A stretch of 23,300 bases of DNA from Planctomycetota bacterium. GTDB lineage: Bacteria > Planctomycetota > UBA8108 > UBA1146 > JAJFFE01. The DNA is taken from contig JAJFFE010000244.1 of assembly GCA_021776775.1 (NCBI GenBank), positions 1-23,300 on the forward strand, read 5' to 3'. Under the pieces are notes generated by a model. It searched no databases, was not told the origin of the DNA, and worked only from the letters and a program-made list of their open reading frames with translations. A program made the translations under genes and the position numbers. Position 1 is the first letter of the stretch; each line of letters begins with the position of its first letter. Of this stretch, positions 7,704 to 15,859 are shown piece by piece.

Positions 7704-8486
7704 ATGATCATCCGTTCACTGTTGGCTTGTGCCCTGTCCCTTTGCCTCGTGAGTCCCGCCGTCGCGGGGTCACACCTCTGGCAAATCAACGAGATCTTTT
7801 CGAGTGCCGACGGCACCGTGCAGTTCATCGAAATGCGAGAGTGCTGCGGCGCCCCGAGCGAAACCGGTATCGGCGGCAAGTGGGTCCTCAGCGACGCGAC
7901 CGGAATGCAGTTCGACTTCCCGGCCAGCCTGACCGGCTCCACTGCGAACATGCACTTGCTGCTCGCCACAGCCGCCTTCGCAGCGCTGCCCGGTGCGCCC
8001 ACCCCAGACTACATCATTCCGGAGAACTTCTTTAGCCTCGACGCGGATACGTTGGACTACTGGTTCTACGCCGGTGCGACCATGACCTATACCTCTGGGC
8101 AGCTCCCGCTCGACGGACTCAACTCGCTCGATCGAAACGGTGTGGTCGAAGTCAACAGCCCGACCAACTTCGCCGGCGACTCCGGCTCGGTCACGCTCAC
8201 CCCGCCGACCGGGCCCGAGTTCATTCGTGGCGACGCCAACCAAAACGGTGGCATCGAAATCGCCGACGCAGTCTCGATTCTCGATGCACTGTTCGGCGGC
8301 GTGCCGCTAGCGTGCGCGTTGGCCGGCGACTCGAACGATGACAACTCGGCAGACATCTCGGATGCGATCTTCGAGTTGACATACCTGTTCGTCAGCGGCG
8401 CCGCGCCGCCCGCGCCGTTCCCCGCGTGTGGCGAAGATCCCACCGGTGGATCGACCCTGACGTGTGACACGCCCGCGTGTCCATGA
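7704..8486 (+). CDS. Secreted protein: signal peptide, lamin-tail-domain-like N-terminal module, C-terminal dockerin-type double repeat with a three-Cys tail
   Basis: GGAG lies 7 nt upstream of the ATG. Signal peptide 'MIIRSLLACALSLCLVSPAVAGS'. 'LWQINEIFSSADGTVQFIEMRE' matches the LTD hallmark (INEI...FIEL). The C-terminus 'FIRGDANQNGGIEIADAVSILDALF...GDSNDDNSADISDAIFELTYLF...PPAPFPACGEDPTGGSTLTCDTPACP' is the same module as in the PAP-like protein. Confidence 0.85.
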   Translation: MIIRSLLACALSLCLVSPAVAGSHLWQINEIFSSADGTVQFIEMRECCGAPSETGIGGKWVLSDATGMQFDFPASLTGSTANMHLLLATAAFAALPGAPTPDYIIPENFFSLDADTLDYWFYAGATMTYTSGQLPLDGLNSLDRNGVVEVNSPTNFAGDSGSVTLTPPTGPEFIRGDANQNGGIEIADAVSILDALFGGVPLACALAGDSNDDNSADISDAIFELTYLFVSGAAPPAPFPACGEDPTGGSTLTCDTPACP

Positions 8487-9154
8487 AGTCGCTTTCGTTG
8501 ATAGCGCTCTTGGTCGTGGTCGGCCTTCTCGGCTGCACCGAACGCGCATCGACGAACGAAGAGGCCTCCGGTGCGAACGCACCGGGGGCCTCTCTCGCAT
8601 CAGATCTACCCGCCGCGGATCAGCCTACGGCGCACGCGTGCGATGGTTGCGCCCTGGCGCGCCTCAGCAATCGCGAGTGCAAAACATGCGGCGTCCGGTA
8701 TGTGGCCGGACTCGAGATCCCGTCGGAGATGCTGTTCGAGCTGCTCGACGCGCACGGCCATACCTACAACCCGAGCTCGCTACCCTGCCAAGGCTGCCGA
8801 GAGGCGTCCGCGACGAATGGACTCTGCGCCGAACATCGGTGGGGATTCGCCAAGGGACAACTCTACTTTTCGAAGCTGTCGTACTTGCTCGCGCAAGGGA
8901 AGCCACAAACCCGTGAAACCCTACCGTGCACCACGTGCCAGGGTTCCGACGCCACGATCTGGTGTGACCGTTGCGGTCACGGCTGGGTCGGCAACGTCGC
9001 CTTCACCGATCCCGTGCAACACTCGCAAGCGATCGAAGAGTACGAGCACCTCGTCGCCTGCGTCGAAACCGCCGCCGTGTGTGAGAAGTGCGCTGCTGCC
9101 AAATTCAGCGGCATGAAGTGCCCCACCTGTAAGACGACCTACCCGCGCCGCTAG
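8483..9154 (+). CDS. Cys-rich lipoprotein with four tandem CxxC-pair (zinc-ribbon/rubredoxin-knuckle-like) repeats
   Basis: The ATG at 8483 overlaps the upstream stop as ATGA (coupled). Lipobox 'VVVGLLGC'. Seven CxxC motifs sit in a ~50-aa periodicity: CDGC-x10-CKTCG, CQGC-x9-CAEH, CTTC-x8-CDRCG, C-x7-CEKC-x9-CPTC. Each second knuckle is followed by G-x2-[YW]-[VG]. The track's GTG start at 8477 is less likely than the overlapping ATG. Confidence 0.8.
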   Translation: MKSLSLIALLVVVGLLGCTERASTNEEASGANAPGASLASDLPAADQPTAHACDGCALARLSNRECKTCGVRYVAGLEIPSEMLFELLDAHGHTYNPSSLPCQGCREASATNGLCAEHRWGFAKGQLYFSKLSYLLAQGKPQTRETLPCTTCQGSDATIWCDRCGHGWVGNVAFTDPVQHSQAIEEYEHLVACVETAAVCEKCAAAKFSGMKCPTCKTTYPRR

Positions 9155-9178
9155 CCCCTTCTCGTTGCTACCGGCGGT

Positions 9179-10033
9179 TCACTCACACCCTGCGAACGAA
9201 TCACACGACAGGCTGTCGGGAGTCGGGTCGCCACCACAATCGCTCGGCGGCTCGAGAGGTGGCGTCGAAGCGACGAACAACGTCTCGAGTAGACGCACGA
9301 CATCGGCAATATCCAGTGCGCCGTCGTCGTTGCCGTCGCACGAACTGTCACACGGAGGCACGGTTGCCGCGCCGCTCGGGAACAGCTTGCCGAGCAGGAA
9401 CACCCCGTCGGAGATATCGTACGACGCGTCGTCATTGCAATCGCCACGGATGAACACGCCGGAGGAGGGCATGAGGGTCAGTGTCCCGGAGTTCCACGTC
9501 GTAGGCGCACTCAAGGTCGGAAAGATGGTCACCAGGTTGATCACAACCGGCCCCCCCGGGACGCGGGACAACGCCTCACTGAATTCGAGGCTCGTCGACA
9601 GCACTCCACCGCTCAGCGTCGGTTGCACCTCGTACGTGATTTCGAGGACCGGCTCCGCGGAGGGGAACGTCAGAAACACAAGCGAAGTCAGATTGTAGAC
9701 GCACCCCAGTGTCACCCCGAAGTCAGTGACCGAGTCTCCCCAGAAGTCCGGACCCGCTCCGCTGTTCAACGCAGCGATGATCGGCCCCTGATTCGACTCC
9801 GTGGCGACCACGAACACGTCGTCGTGCGCGACCCCCATCGAGAACCCTTGAGTGTCGTTCACAACACCGCTCAACTCCTCGATGGTCACCGAAACGGTAA
9901 ACTCCGTCGCGAGACCCGGAACGTACGACACCGTCTGGTCGGCGATGGCGAACTCGAACAGAATCTGTCCGCTCGCGACCGCGGGGAAAGCAAACAGCAC
10001 GATGACAATCGCTCGACAACAGGCGTGGTGCAT
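9179..10033 (-). CDS. Secreted hypothetical protein ending in the same dockerin-type double repeat plus Cys tail
   Basis: Signal peptide 'MHHACCRAIVIVLFAFPAVASGQ'. GGAAAGG lies upstream of the ATG (minus strand). The last 91 aa 'FIRGDCNDDASYDISDGVFLLGKLF...CDGNDDGALDIADVVRLLETLF...PPSDCGGDPTPDSLSCDSFAGCE' match the module seen in two other proteins here. The N-terminal ~170 aa match no family recognisable by eye. Confidence 0.8.
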   Translation of the reverse strand: MHHACCRAIVIVLFAFPAVASGQILFEFAIADQTVSYVPGLATEFTVSVTIEELSGVVNDTQGFSMGVAHDDVFVVATESNQGPIIAALNSGAGPDFWGDSVTDFGVTLGCVYNLTSLVFLTFPSAEPVLEITYEVQPTLSGGVLSTSLEFSEALSRVPGGPVVINLVTIFPTLSAPTTWNSGTLTLMPSSGVFIRGDCNDDASYDISDGVFLLGKLFPSGAATVPPCDSSCDGNDDGALDIADVVRLLETLFVASTPPLEPPSDCGGDPTPDSLSCDSFAGCE

Positions 10034-10798
10034 TCGCTGCAGCCTTTCCGGGGTAACACGCGGGCCGGACTCGTTCGGAAAGTGTCACGGCTCGACCCGC
10101 CCGAGTCGAGAAATTCCTCGCCGTCCCCCCAAGCTGATGATGGGATAGCCAATAGTGAGTCGTCGCATCTCGGCGCGCAAGTCGAGCCGTATCGCCGCGA
10201 GGAAAACGATGATCAAGTTTCTTGGCGGCCTTTGCGGTTCTTGGCGGCTTTGCGAGAAGCTGCCAAGCGACAAGAACACAACGATCAACGTACCCAACTG
10301 CCAGAGCGCTTCGCCCGGTCAAGGACGAGCGCGTCCGACAGCGGTCTCTCAGCAAGCCGCCGAGCGGATAATGAGATCGCACATAGCCAAGCGGCGCAGG
10401 CTGGAAAACTTTCTCGGATAGCAGTGCGTGATCGTCGAAGGCACACCGTCCTACTGACTCAACCCATTTGATGAACGCTATGAAGTAGGACCGACATGAA
10501 CTCCAAACCACCTCGTTCGCAATCACGATCGCGAACCCACAACCGCCCGCCCCGTTCATTCGGGTTGCGCGGTAGGTGTGGAATAACGTTTGGAGCAAAC
10601 AAGCGAGCGGAGTATTCCGCGGACGATTGAGTCATGTCTTTCTATCGAGAGACGTCGAATTCAAACGACCGAGGGCTCCACTGCGGAGGCCGCGGTCGTT
10701 TTTCATTTGCCACCAACGACACGAAGCGCCAGTGGCACCAAGGGCTATGCCCTCACGGTGTTCCACGGGAGGCTTCGAAACGTCGTGCAGTTGGTGTT

Positions 10799-10873
10799 AG
10801 CGCTATAGCTCAGTGGATAGAGCATAGGACGGCAATCCTACGGGCGCAGGTTCGAATCCTGCTAGCACTACCA
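10799..10873 (+). tRNA. tRNA-like gene (75 nt with CCA) with a non-canonical anticodon arm; anticodon not assignable by hand (possibly a degenerate tRNA-Ala(GGC)-like sequence)
   Basis: Hand fold: acceptor AGCGCUA/UAGCACU (one C3:A70 mismatch), U8A9, canonical D-arm GCUC-AGUGGAUA-GAGC, T-arm GCAGG-UUCGAAU-CCUGC, discriminator A, CCA. The anticodon arm UAGGA-CGGCAA-UCCUA closes a 6-nt loop, one nt short and lacking U33. Total length is 75, not 76. Confidence 0.5.
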
Positions 10874-11182
10874 TCTCATTTTTCGAGAGTCGTTCGGAGC
10901 AGTCGCTGCCTCCGAGCCAGCGCATGCGAGTCGCTAGAGCATCTAGTCGTCTCCGCTTGCGCACTCGAGTCAACGCTTCGAAGGCTTCTGGATACCGTCG
11001 GAGTAACAGTATCGGAAAGAGTTCGATCGGGCGAACGCGCATAAGCGCGTGAGGCCGATCGTTCACCCCGACACTCGAGCGCCGACTCAAGGAAGACTCC
11101 GCCGAGACTCGAGGGCTACGACGGTACCGACGCTCCGGGCGCTCTCCCTCTTATCACGGAAGTCTCTGAAGGAGGCTATGAC

Positions 11183-12325
11183 ATGTACAAGCTCCTCGTC
11201 CGAATCCTCGAGGATCAATACGGACTGCTCTACCAGAACGGTGACTTCGTTCGCGTACTAAAACCCGGTCTGTACCGGTTGTGGCGGAACCTGCGGCCGT
11301 ACGGAACGCGAGACTCCGTCGAAGTCTACGATCGGCAGGACGCGCGGTTCGAGAACGATCGCTTGCGGTCGCTCGTCGAGAAGCCGGCCCTCGCCGAGCT
11401 TCTGGACGTGGTCGACCTCAAGGATGACGAACGGGCGCTCGTATGGATCGACGGGCGACTCGACTCGATTCTCGGGCCCGGCCTGCACGCGTTCTGGCGG
11501 GAGCCGCGGAAGATCCGCATCGAGCGGCACACCGTCGGCGCTGGCCGGTTCGTACACGATCAGATGGACACCGTCCTGAAGGTCGCCGGAAGCGCGTCGC
11601 ACCTGACGACGTTCATGGTCGACGCTTACCAGGTCGCGCTCGTCTTCGTGGACGGAAACCTTATCGAGTCGGTTGGTCCGGGTCGGTACGTTCACTGGCT
11701 GGGACGCGGCACGCTGAACATCCGCACCATCGACTTGCGAGAGCAGGTTCTCGATGTCAGCGGCCAAGAGATCATGACGCAGGACAAAGTTGGACTGCGG
11801 ATGAACCTCGTGGTTCAGTTCGTGGTCGCCAACCCGGAGATCGCGGTGACGGCGACGACGGACTACTCGCAAGCGCTCTACCGAGAAGCGCAGCTCGCGC
11901 TGCGGGCCGCGGTCGGTACGCGTGAACTCGATGCCCTGTTGACCGACAAAGAGTCGGTCGGCGCCGAGCTTCGGCGAGCGTTGACCGAGCGGGCGACGAC
12001 CCTGGGTCTTGCTCTGCACTCGGTCGGACTGCGGGACATCGTGCTGCCGGGTGAGATGCGGGCGATGCTCAACCAGGTGATCCTGGCGGAGAAGCAGGCG
12101 CAAGCGGACCAAATCCGTCGCCGCCAGGAAACGGCCTCGGCTCGGAGCCAAGCCAACACGGCGAAGCTCTTGGCGGAGAACCCGGTTCTCACGCGGATGA
12201 AGGAGCTCGAGCTCTTGCAGGACATCCTCGCGGGAACGAAGGCGACGTTCGTCTTCGGCCGGGGAGACATGGCCGAAGAGCTGCGGGCCACGTTGGGAAC
12301 GCAGTTGCAACCCGACGATTCTTGA
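11183..12325 (+). CDS. SPFH/band-7 (stomatin/HflC-like) family protein with a duplicated N-terminal beta module
   Basis: AGGAGG lies 8 nt upstream of the ATG. The C-terminal half reads 'GLRMNLVVQFVVANPEIAV...YSQALYREAQLALRAAVGTRELDALLTDKE...LGLALHSVGLRDIVLPGEMRAMLNQVILAEKQAQADQIRRRQE', a typical SPFH core with a coiled-coil tail. The segments 'ALVWIDGRLDSILGPGLHAFW' and 'ALVFVDGNLIESVGPGRYVHW' are an internal repeat. Confidence 0.85.
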   Translation: MYKLLVRILEDQYGLLYQNGDFVRVLKPGLYRLWRNLRPYGTRDSVEVYDRQDARFENDRLRSLVEKPALAELLDVVDLKDDERALVWIDGRLDSILGPGLHAFWREPRKIRIERHTVGAGRFVHDQMDTVLKVAGSASHLTTFMVDAYQVALVFVDGNLIESVGPGRYVHWLGRGTLNIRTIDLREQVLDVSGQEIMTQDKVGLRMNLVVQFVVANPEIAVTATTDYSQALYREAQLALRAAVGTRELDALLTDKESVGAELRRALTERATTLGLALHSVGLRDIVLPGEMRAMLNQVILAEKQAQADQIRRRQETASARSQANTAKLLAENPVLTRMKELELLQDILAGTKATFVFGRGDMAEELRATLGTQLQPDDS

Positions 12326-12327
12326 AC

Positions 12328-12369
12328 AAACCCGCTCGGCGTCACCGGACGCGGAGCGGGTTCTTTCTC
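12328..12369. terminator. Intrinsic terminator hairpin between convergent genes
   Basis: CCCGCTC-g-GCGTC-accg-GACGC-g-GAGCGGG forms a nested perfect stem, followed by TTCTTTCTC on the + strand. It sits 3 nt after the SPFH stop. The minus-strand side is also T-rich (TTTGTTCAAG), so it may act in both directions. Confidence 0.65.
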
Positions 12370-12519
12370 GTGGAGCAACGAATCACCGACAAACGCCGAC
12401 TACTTGGCCGGAACCTTCGCCGTGTGCTTGCCACTGCCGTGGAATGGACCGGTGTCGAACGAGAACATCACGACATTGGCGTCGCCTGGGCGCTTCACCG
12501 AAGCGCCAGCTGCCCCACC

Positions 12520-13284
12520 TCAGCCGTAACTCATCGGCCCTTTCGCCGTGACGCCTTCCGTCCCCAATAGCCGGTACTTCGTTTTGATGCGCTTGCCGGC
12601 CCTCATGATCGTCACGCCCATGCCCCCGTCGCCCGTCGGAGCCAAGCCTACCTGCAAGCCCACGTCGGTCCACATGGCCGTCGACGCCAGACGAACACCG
12701 GGGTTGAAGTTCAGGCGTGTTGGTTCTTCTGCAGCAGCGACAACGATCGTGCGACCCTTGGCACCCGATCCCCAAAGTTGCCATTCGGTGCCTTGCGTGT
12801 CGCGACGCGTGATCGCGTAATGCTGAACGCGATACCGACCCGCAGGAAGAGTACGTGCGGCCTTGCCGTCTTCGGCCTTCCACACCAGCCGAATCGGCGT
12901 CGCGCTTTTGCCGTCCGAGGCTATGGGTGTCAGGAGTACCGACAAGTTCTCCGGCTCGGAGAGCGCGATCTGGCCCTCTCCGGCTGCGGCGTCACGCACG
13001 GTCGACTCCCGCTTCGGCACGTCATCCTTGCCGAGCAGGTACGCTCGAAGCGCCCCGCGCAATGGCGCACTCTTCTTGCCGAGTGGCTGCACGCACGTCG
13101 TCTCCGAGACACGATCGATCCATAACTGGTCAGACGACAGCTCCGGGTCGGGTCGACCGTGACACGTCGTGCACGGTTGAAACTCCGCGCGCGCGTCGAT
13201 CTTGGCTGGCCGTGAATCCTGGCTATACACGGCGCCTGTCGAGAGCAAGCACGATGCGACGAACACGATACGAACGAGAGTCAT
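12520..13284 (-). CDS. Secreted protein with a single CxxCH haem-binding motif (putative c-type cytochrome-like domain protein)
   Basis: Preferred start is the ATG at 13284 (MTLVRIVFVASCLLSTGAVYSQD, a signal peptide, with GGAG upstream), rather than the track's 13368. It contains 'CTTCHG'. The rest matches no family recognisable by eye. GC3 bias is consistent with coding. Confidence 0.6.
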   Translation of the reverse strand: MTLVRIVFVASCLLSTGAVYSQDSRPAKIDARAEFQPCTTCHGRPDPELSSDQLWIDRVSETTCVQPLGKKSAPLRGALRAYLLGKDDVPKRESTVRDAAAGEGQIALSEPENLSVLLTPIASDGKSATPIRLVWKAEDGKAARTLPAGRYRVQHYAITRRDTQGTEWQLWGSGAKGRTIVVAAAEEPTRLNFNPGVRLASTAMWTDVGLQVGLAPTGDGGMGVTIMRAGKRIKTKYRLLGTEGVTAKGPMSYG

Positions 13285-13641
13285 GTCATCGTCCCTTTCT
13301 CCGGAGTGATGTATTCCACCACCATGAGGTCGCGTCCGCCAGATAACAAGAGGCGGTACACGCGGCACGGTCTCCCGAGACGAGTTTGCACGCCAAGTCG
13401 AGATCCGGCGGAGTCCCGCGGCCCGTAGAACGCGACCCGTGGACCAAGTCGGAACTGCGAACCAACCGAGGCCGAGCCGCGGGCCGACAACCCAACCCCC
13501 TACCCATCAATCACTTCGAACGCGCAGCGATGTCCGACAACGGCACACGTAACCGTCTCAGCTCTCGGATGTTATCTTTTGATGAAGTGACCTATTCCCT
13601 CACTCCGTGTATTCCCCGAACGTCGAAACAGGATCCTCAGA

Positions 13642-15570
13642 ATGCTCTCACGCCCCTTCGCGGCCTGCGCCATCGCACTGTCGTTGTTTGTTTGTTCCTG
13701 CACCGGTGGTGTCGCCCACGGCACGGCGCGTCTCGACTCGCCTCAGTCAGCGGCCGAGTCGATCGTAACGGCCATCGAAAACAGTGATCGCGCTGCGTTC
13801 CTCGCCTGCCTGACCGGCGGTGCTCGCGAGGCGCTCGAAGCAGGAGAAGGATTCGACCTCTCGTCCGGGGGTCAGCTTGCGACGAACATCGGCAAGGCCG
13901 TCGTCACGGGCAACGAAGCGGCGGTGCCACTCACCGCAGAAGACGACGGCGAAGCGCAATCGATGACCCTACTCCTGCGCAAGGTCGACTCCGAATGGAG
14001 AATGTACGGGATCCGCATGAGCGCGGGCACCGAGGGTGAAATCACCATCGACTTTCAAGAGATGGCCCGCATGACCAACATGATGGCCGAGCAGATGGCG
14101 TCGTCGATGCAAGACTCTTGGAACGAAGCGCTGGAGCGCCAGAAGGCGCACGCGATCGCCCAACGTGTTCAGGTCTTCGAACAACTCCGGGGGTTGGACA
14201 ACGCGACCTTCGAACAGTCTTGGCGAAACTCGACAGACTTCTCCGGTCAAACCGTCGAGCAGGCGGTCACCGCGCTCGCCGGCGAGTTAGGATTACAGAT
14301 CGAGACCGCCGCAAGTTCGTCGTCTTTGCAAGCCACCGTAGACACCGAGGTCGCGGGTCTCAGTAAGATCGAGGCGATCGAACGACTCTGCGCCCAAGTC
14401 TCGCTGGCCCCGGTGTGGCCTTCGGTACAGATGGCGTTGCAAGCAGAGATGTCCGGAGAGTCGACCGAAGAACACGATCGCATTCGGTTCGAACCGGCCA
14501 GCGACGACCGCCACGTTTCCTTCGCGGGACCGTTTGCCGTTCGGGTCACCGAGGTCGTGCAGAACGTCCCGTACGCCCGCGGATCACTCAGGCTGACCAC
14601 GTCGGCGTTCGGACTCGATATCGGGGTGCTCGGCTCACTGACCGGCCTCGGCGAAACCAATGTCATCGACCATGTGCGCGACGCATCGGGCGCGAGCCTG
14701 ATGGCGCAGGAAAACATCCGCTTCTGGGGTGGCGGCACTCAACGCGGGACGTCCTTCGATAGCTCAACCAAAGTCGAACTCAAGAACATGCTGCGAAGCG
14801 TAAACAGCATCGGCACTGCCGAGGGCTCACGACGCCTCCGACTCCCGCAGACGGTCGAGTCCATCGAGTTCGAATCGCCGAAGATCGGCGATTCAGGGCG
14901 CGTTGGCGACTACACGGTCAAGGTCAAGAGCATAGGAGCGTCGTTCTCGGCGGAGATCGAAGGCTCGCAAGAGCACATCGACGAAGTCGCGGTCTTCGGC
15001 CGAGCTCTCGACAGCTCCGGAAACGACATGGAAATTTCGTTCGACAGCGCCTCGAAATGGGGTCGAGACAAGGTCCTCTACAGCATGAACACCGACGGCA
15101 GTCCCGCCAAGTTCATGCTCAAGATCGTGACGCGATCCCAGGTCCTCGAGTACCCGTGGTCGTTCTCCGACATCGCGTTGGATCGTCACGCGGAGATGCC
15201 TGAAGCGCTCGAATCGCTCACGTTCACCGGATCGCAGCCGATCACCATGACGTTCGACGGCTTTCACAACGCCAGCAACCAGTTCCCCGAGGCAAAGCTG
15301 ACGATCACGAACCATACGAACAAGCTGATCCAATCGGCCACGGCTACGTTCGTCTATGTCGATGCTAAGCGTAAGAAGCTCGGCGACCACATGGCGACCA
15401 TTCAAGGCGACATGACCATGAATGGAACGCAACCGCTAGCCGAGCCCGGGGCGACGACGACCAAGAAGCAAACCGCGTTCTTCCGACCGGACGGCACCGA
15501 AAGCATGACCATCAAGCTCGAATCGATCGAGTTCATGGACGGCTCGACCTGGCCGGAAGAAAAAAAGTAG
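13642..15570 (+). CDS. Large (642-aa) secreted protein or lipoprotein, hypothetical
   Basis: N-terminus 'MLSRPFAACAIALSLFVCSCTGG' is a signal peptide, possibly a lipoprotein. The ORF is long and uninterrupted with GC3 bias. No domain recognisable by eye. Confidence 0.8.
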   Translation: MLSRPFAACAIALSLFVCSCTGGVAHGTARLDSPQSAAESIVTAIENSDRAAFLACLTGGAREALEAGEGFDLSSGGQLATNIGKAVVTGNEAAVPLTAEDDGEAQSMTLLLRKVDSEWRMYGIRMSAGTEGEITIDFQEMARMTNMMAEQMASSMQDSWNEALERQKAHAIAQRVQVFEQLRGLDNATFEQSWRNSTDFSGQTVEQAVTALAGELGLQIETAASSSSLQATVDTEVAGLSKIEAIERLCAQVSLAPVWPSVQMALQAEMSGESTEEHDRIRFEPASDDRHVSFAGPFAVRVTEVVQNVPYARGSLRLTTSAFGLDIGVLGSLTGLGETNVIDHVRDASGASLMAQENIRFWGGGTQRGTSFDSSTKVELKNMLRSVNSIGTAEGSRRLRLPQTVESIEFESPKIGDSGRVGDYTVKVKSIGASFSAEIEGSQEHIDEVAVFGRALDSSGNDMEISFDSASKWGRDKVLYSMNTDGSPAKFMLKIVTRSQVLEYPWSFSDIALDRHAEMPEALESLTFTGSQPITMTFDGFHNASNQFPEAKLTITNHTNKLIQSATATFVYVDAKRKKLGDHMATIQGDMTMNGTQPLAEPGATTTKKQTAFFRPDGTESMTIKLESIEFMDGSTWPEEKK

Positions 15571-15745
15571 TTGCACGATTCGCGATAAGCGGGGCTGGCC
15601 GAGCGAGTGAAGCGTTGCATTACTCGATGTTCGTAATAATCGACTGAGGCACCGTTTCACCGGCTCGCCGCGAGCGAAGTCGCAACTTATCGGACCACGA
15701 AACACCGACTAGGTAGTTTCAGGAACCCGAAGGCGGGCCCCGCTC

Positions 15746-15760
15746 GCGAGAAATTCTCGC
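15746..15760. promoter_or_regulatory. Perfect 15-bp palindrome GCGAGAAATTCTCGC beside the 11-bp palindrome GCGGGCCCCGC (15733-15743), ~100 bp upstream of the giant surface-protein gene
   Basis: Exact dyad symmetry read directly. It lies between the stop of the 13642-15570 gene and the ATG at 15860. It could be an operator or a terminator-like double hairpin. Confidence 0.3.
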
Positions 15761-15859
15761 AACTCGTTTCAATACTACCCACTACGAGGCTCCGGCATCC
15801 GATCAGCAACGTGCAGTAGCCGCCGATAACAAGGTGACCCTTGAGACGGCGGCACCGGC

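Noticed and set aside
8477-8482. GTG start at 8477 for the Cys-rich lipoprotein, as in the track
   Set aside because: The ATG at 8483 overlaps the upstream stop as ATGA and gives a cleaner signal peptide (MKSLSLIALLVVVGLLGC). The extra 'MS' is unnecessary.
10803-11090. 95-aa minus-strand ORF overlapping the tRNA-like gene, and + ORF 10634..11044
   Set aside because: Both overlap the tRNA-like structure and show no coding bias.
13285-13368. N-terminal 28-aa extension (MPRVPPLVIWRTRPHGGG...) of the CxxCH protein
   Set aside because: The internal ATG at 13284 is preceded by GGAG and starts a clean signal peptide. The extension is basic and Pro-rich and lies in the promoter region.
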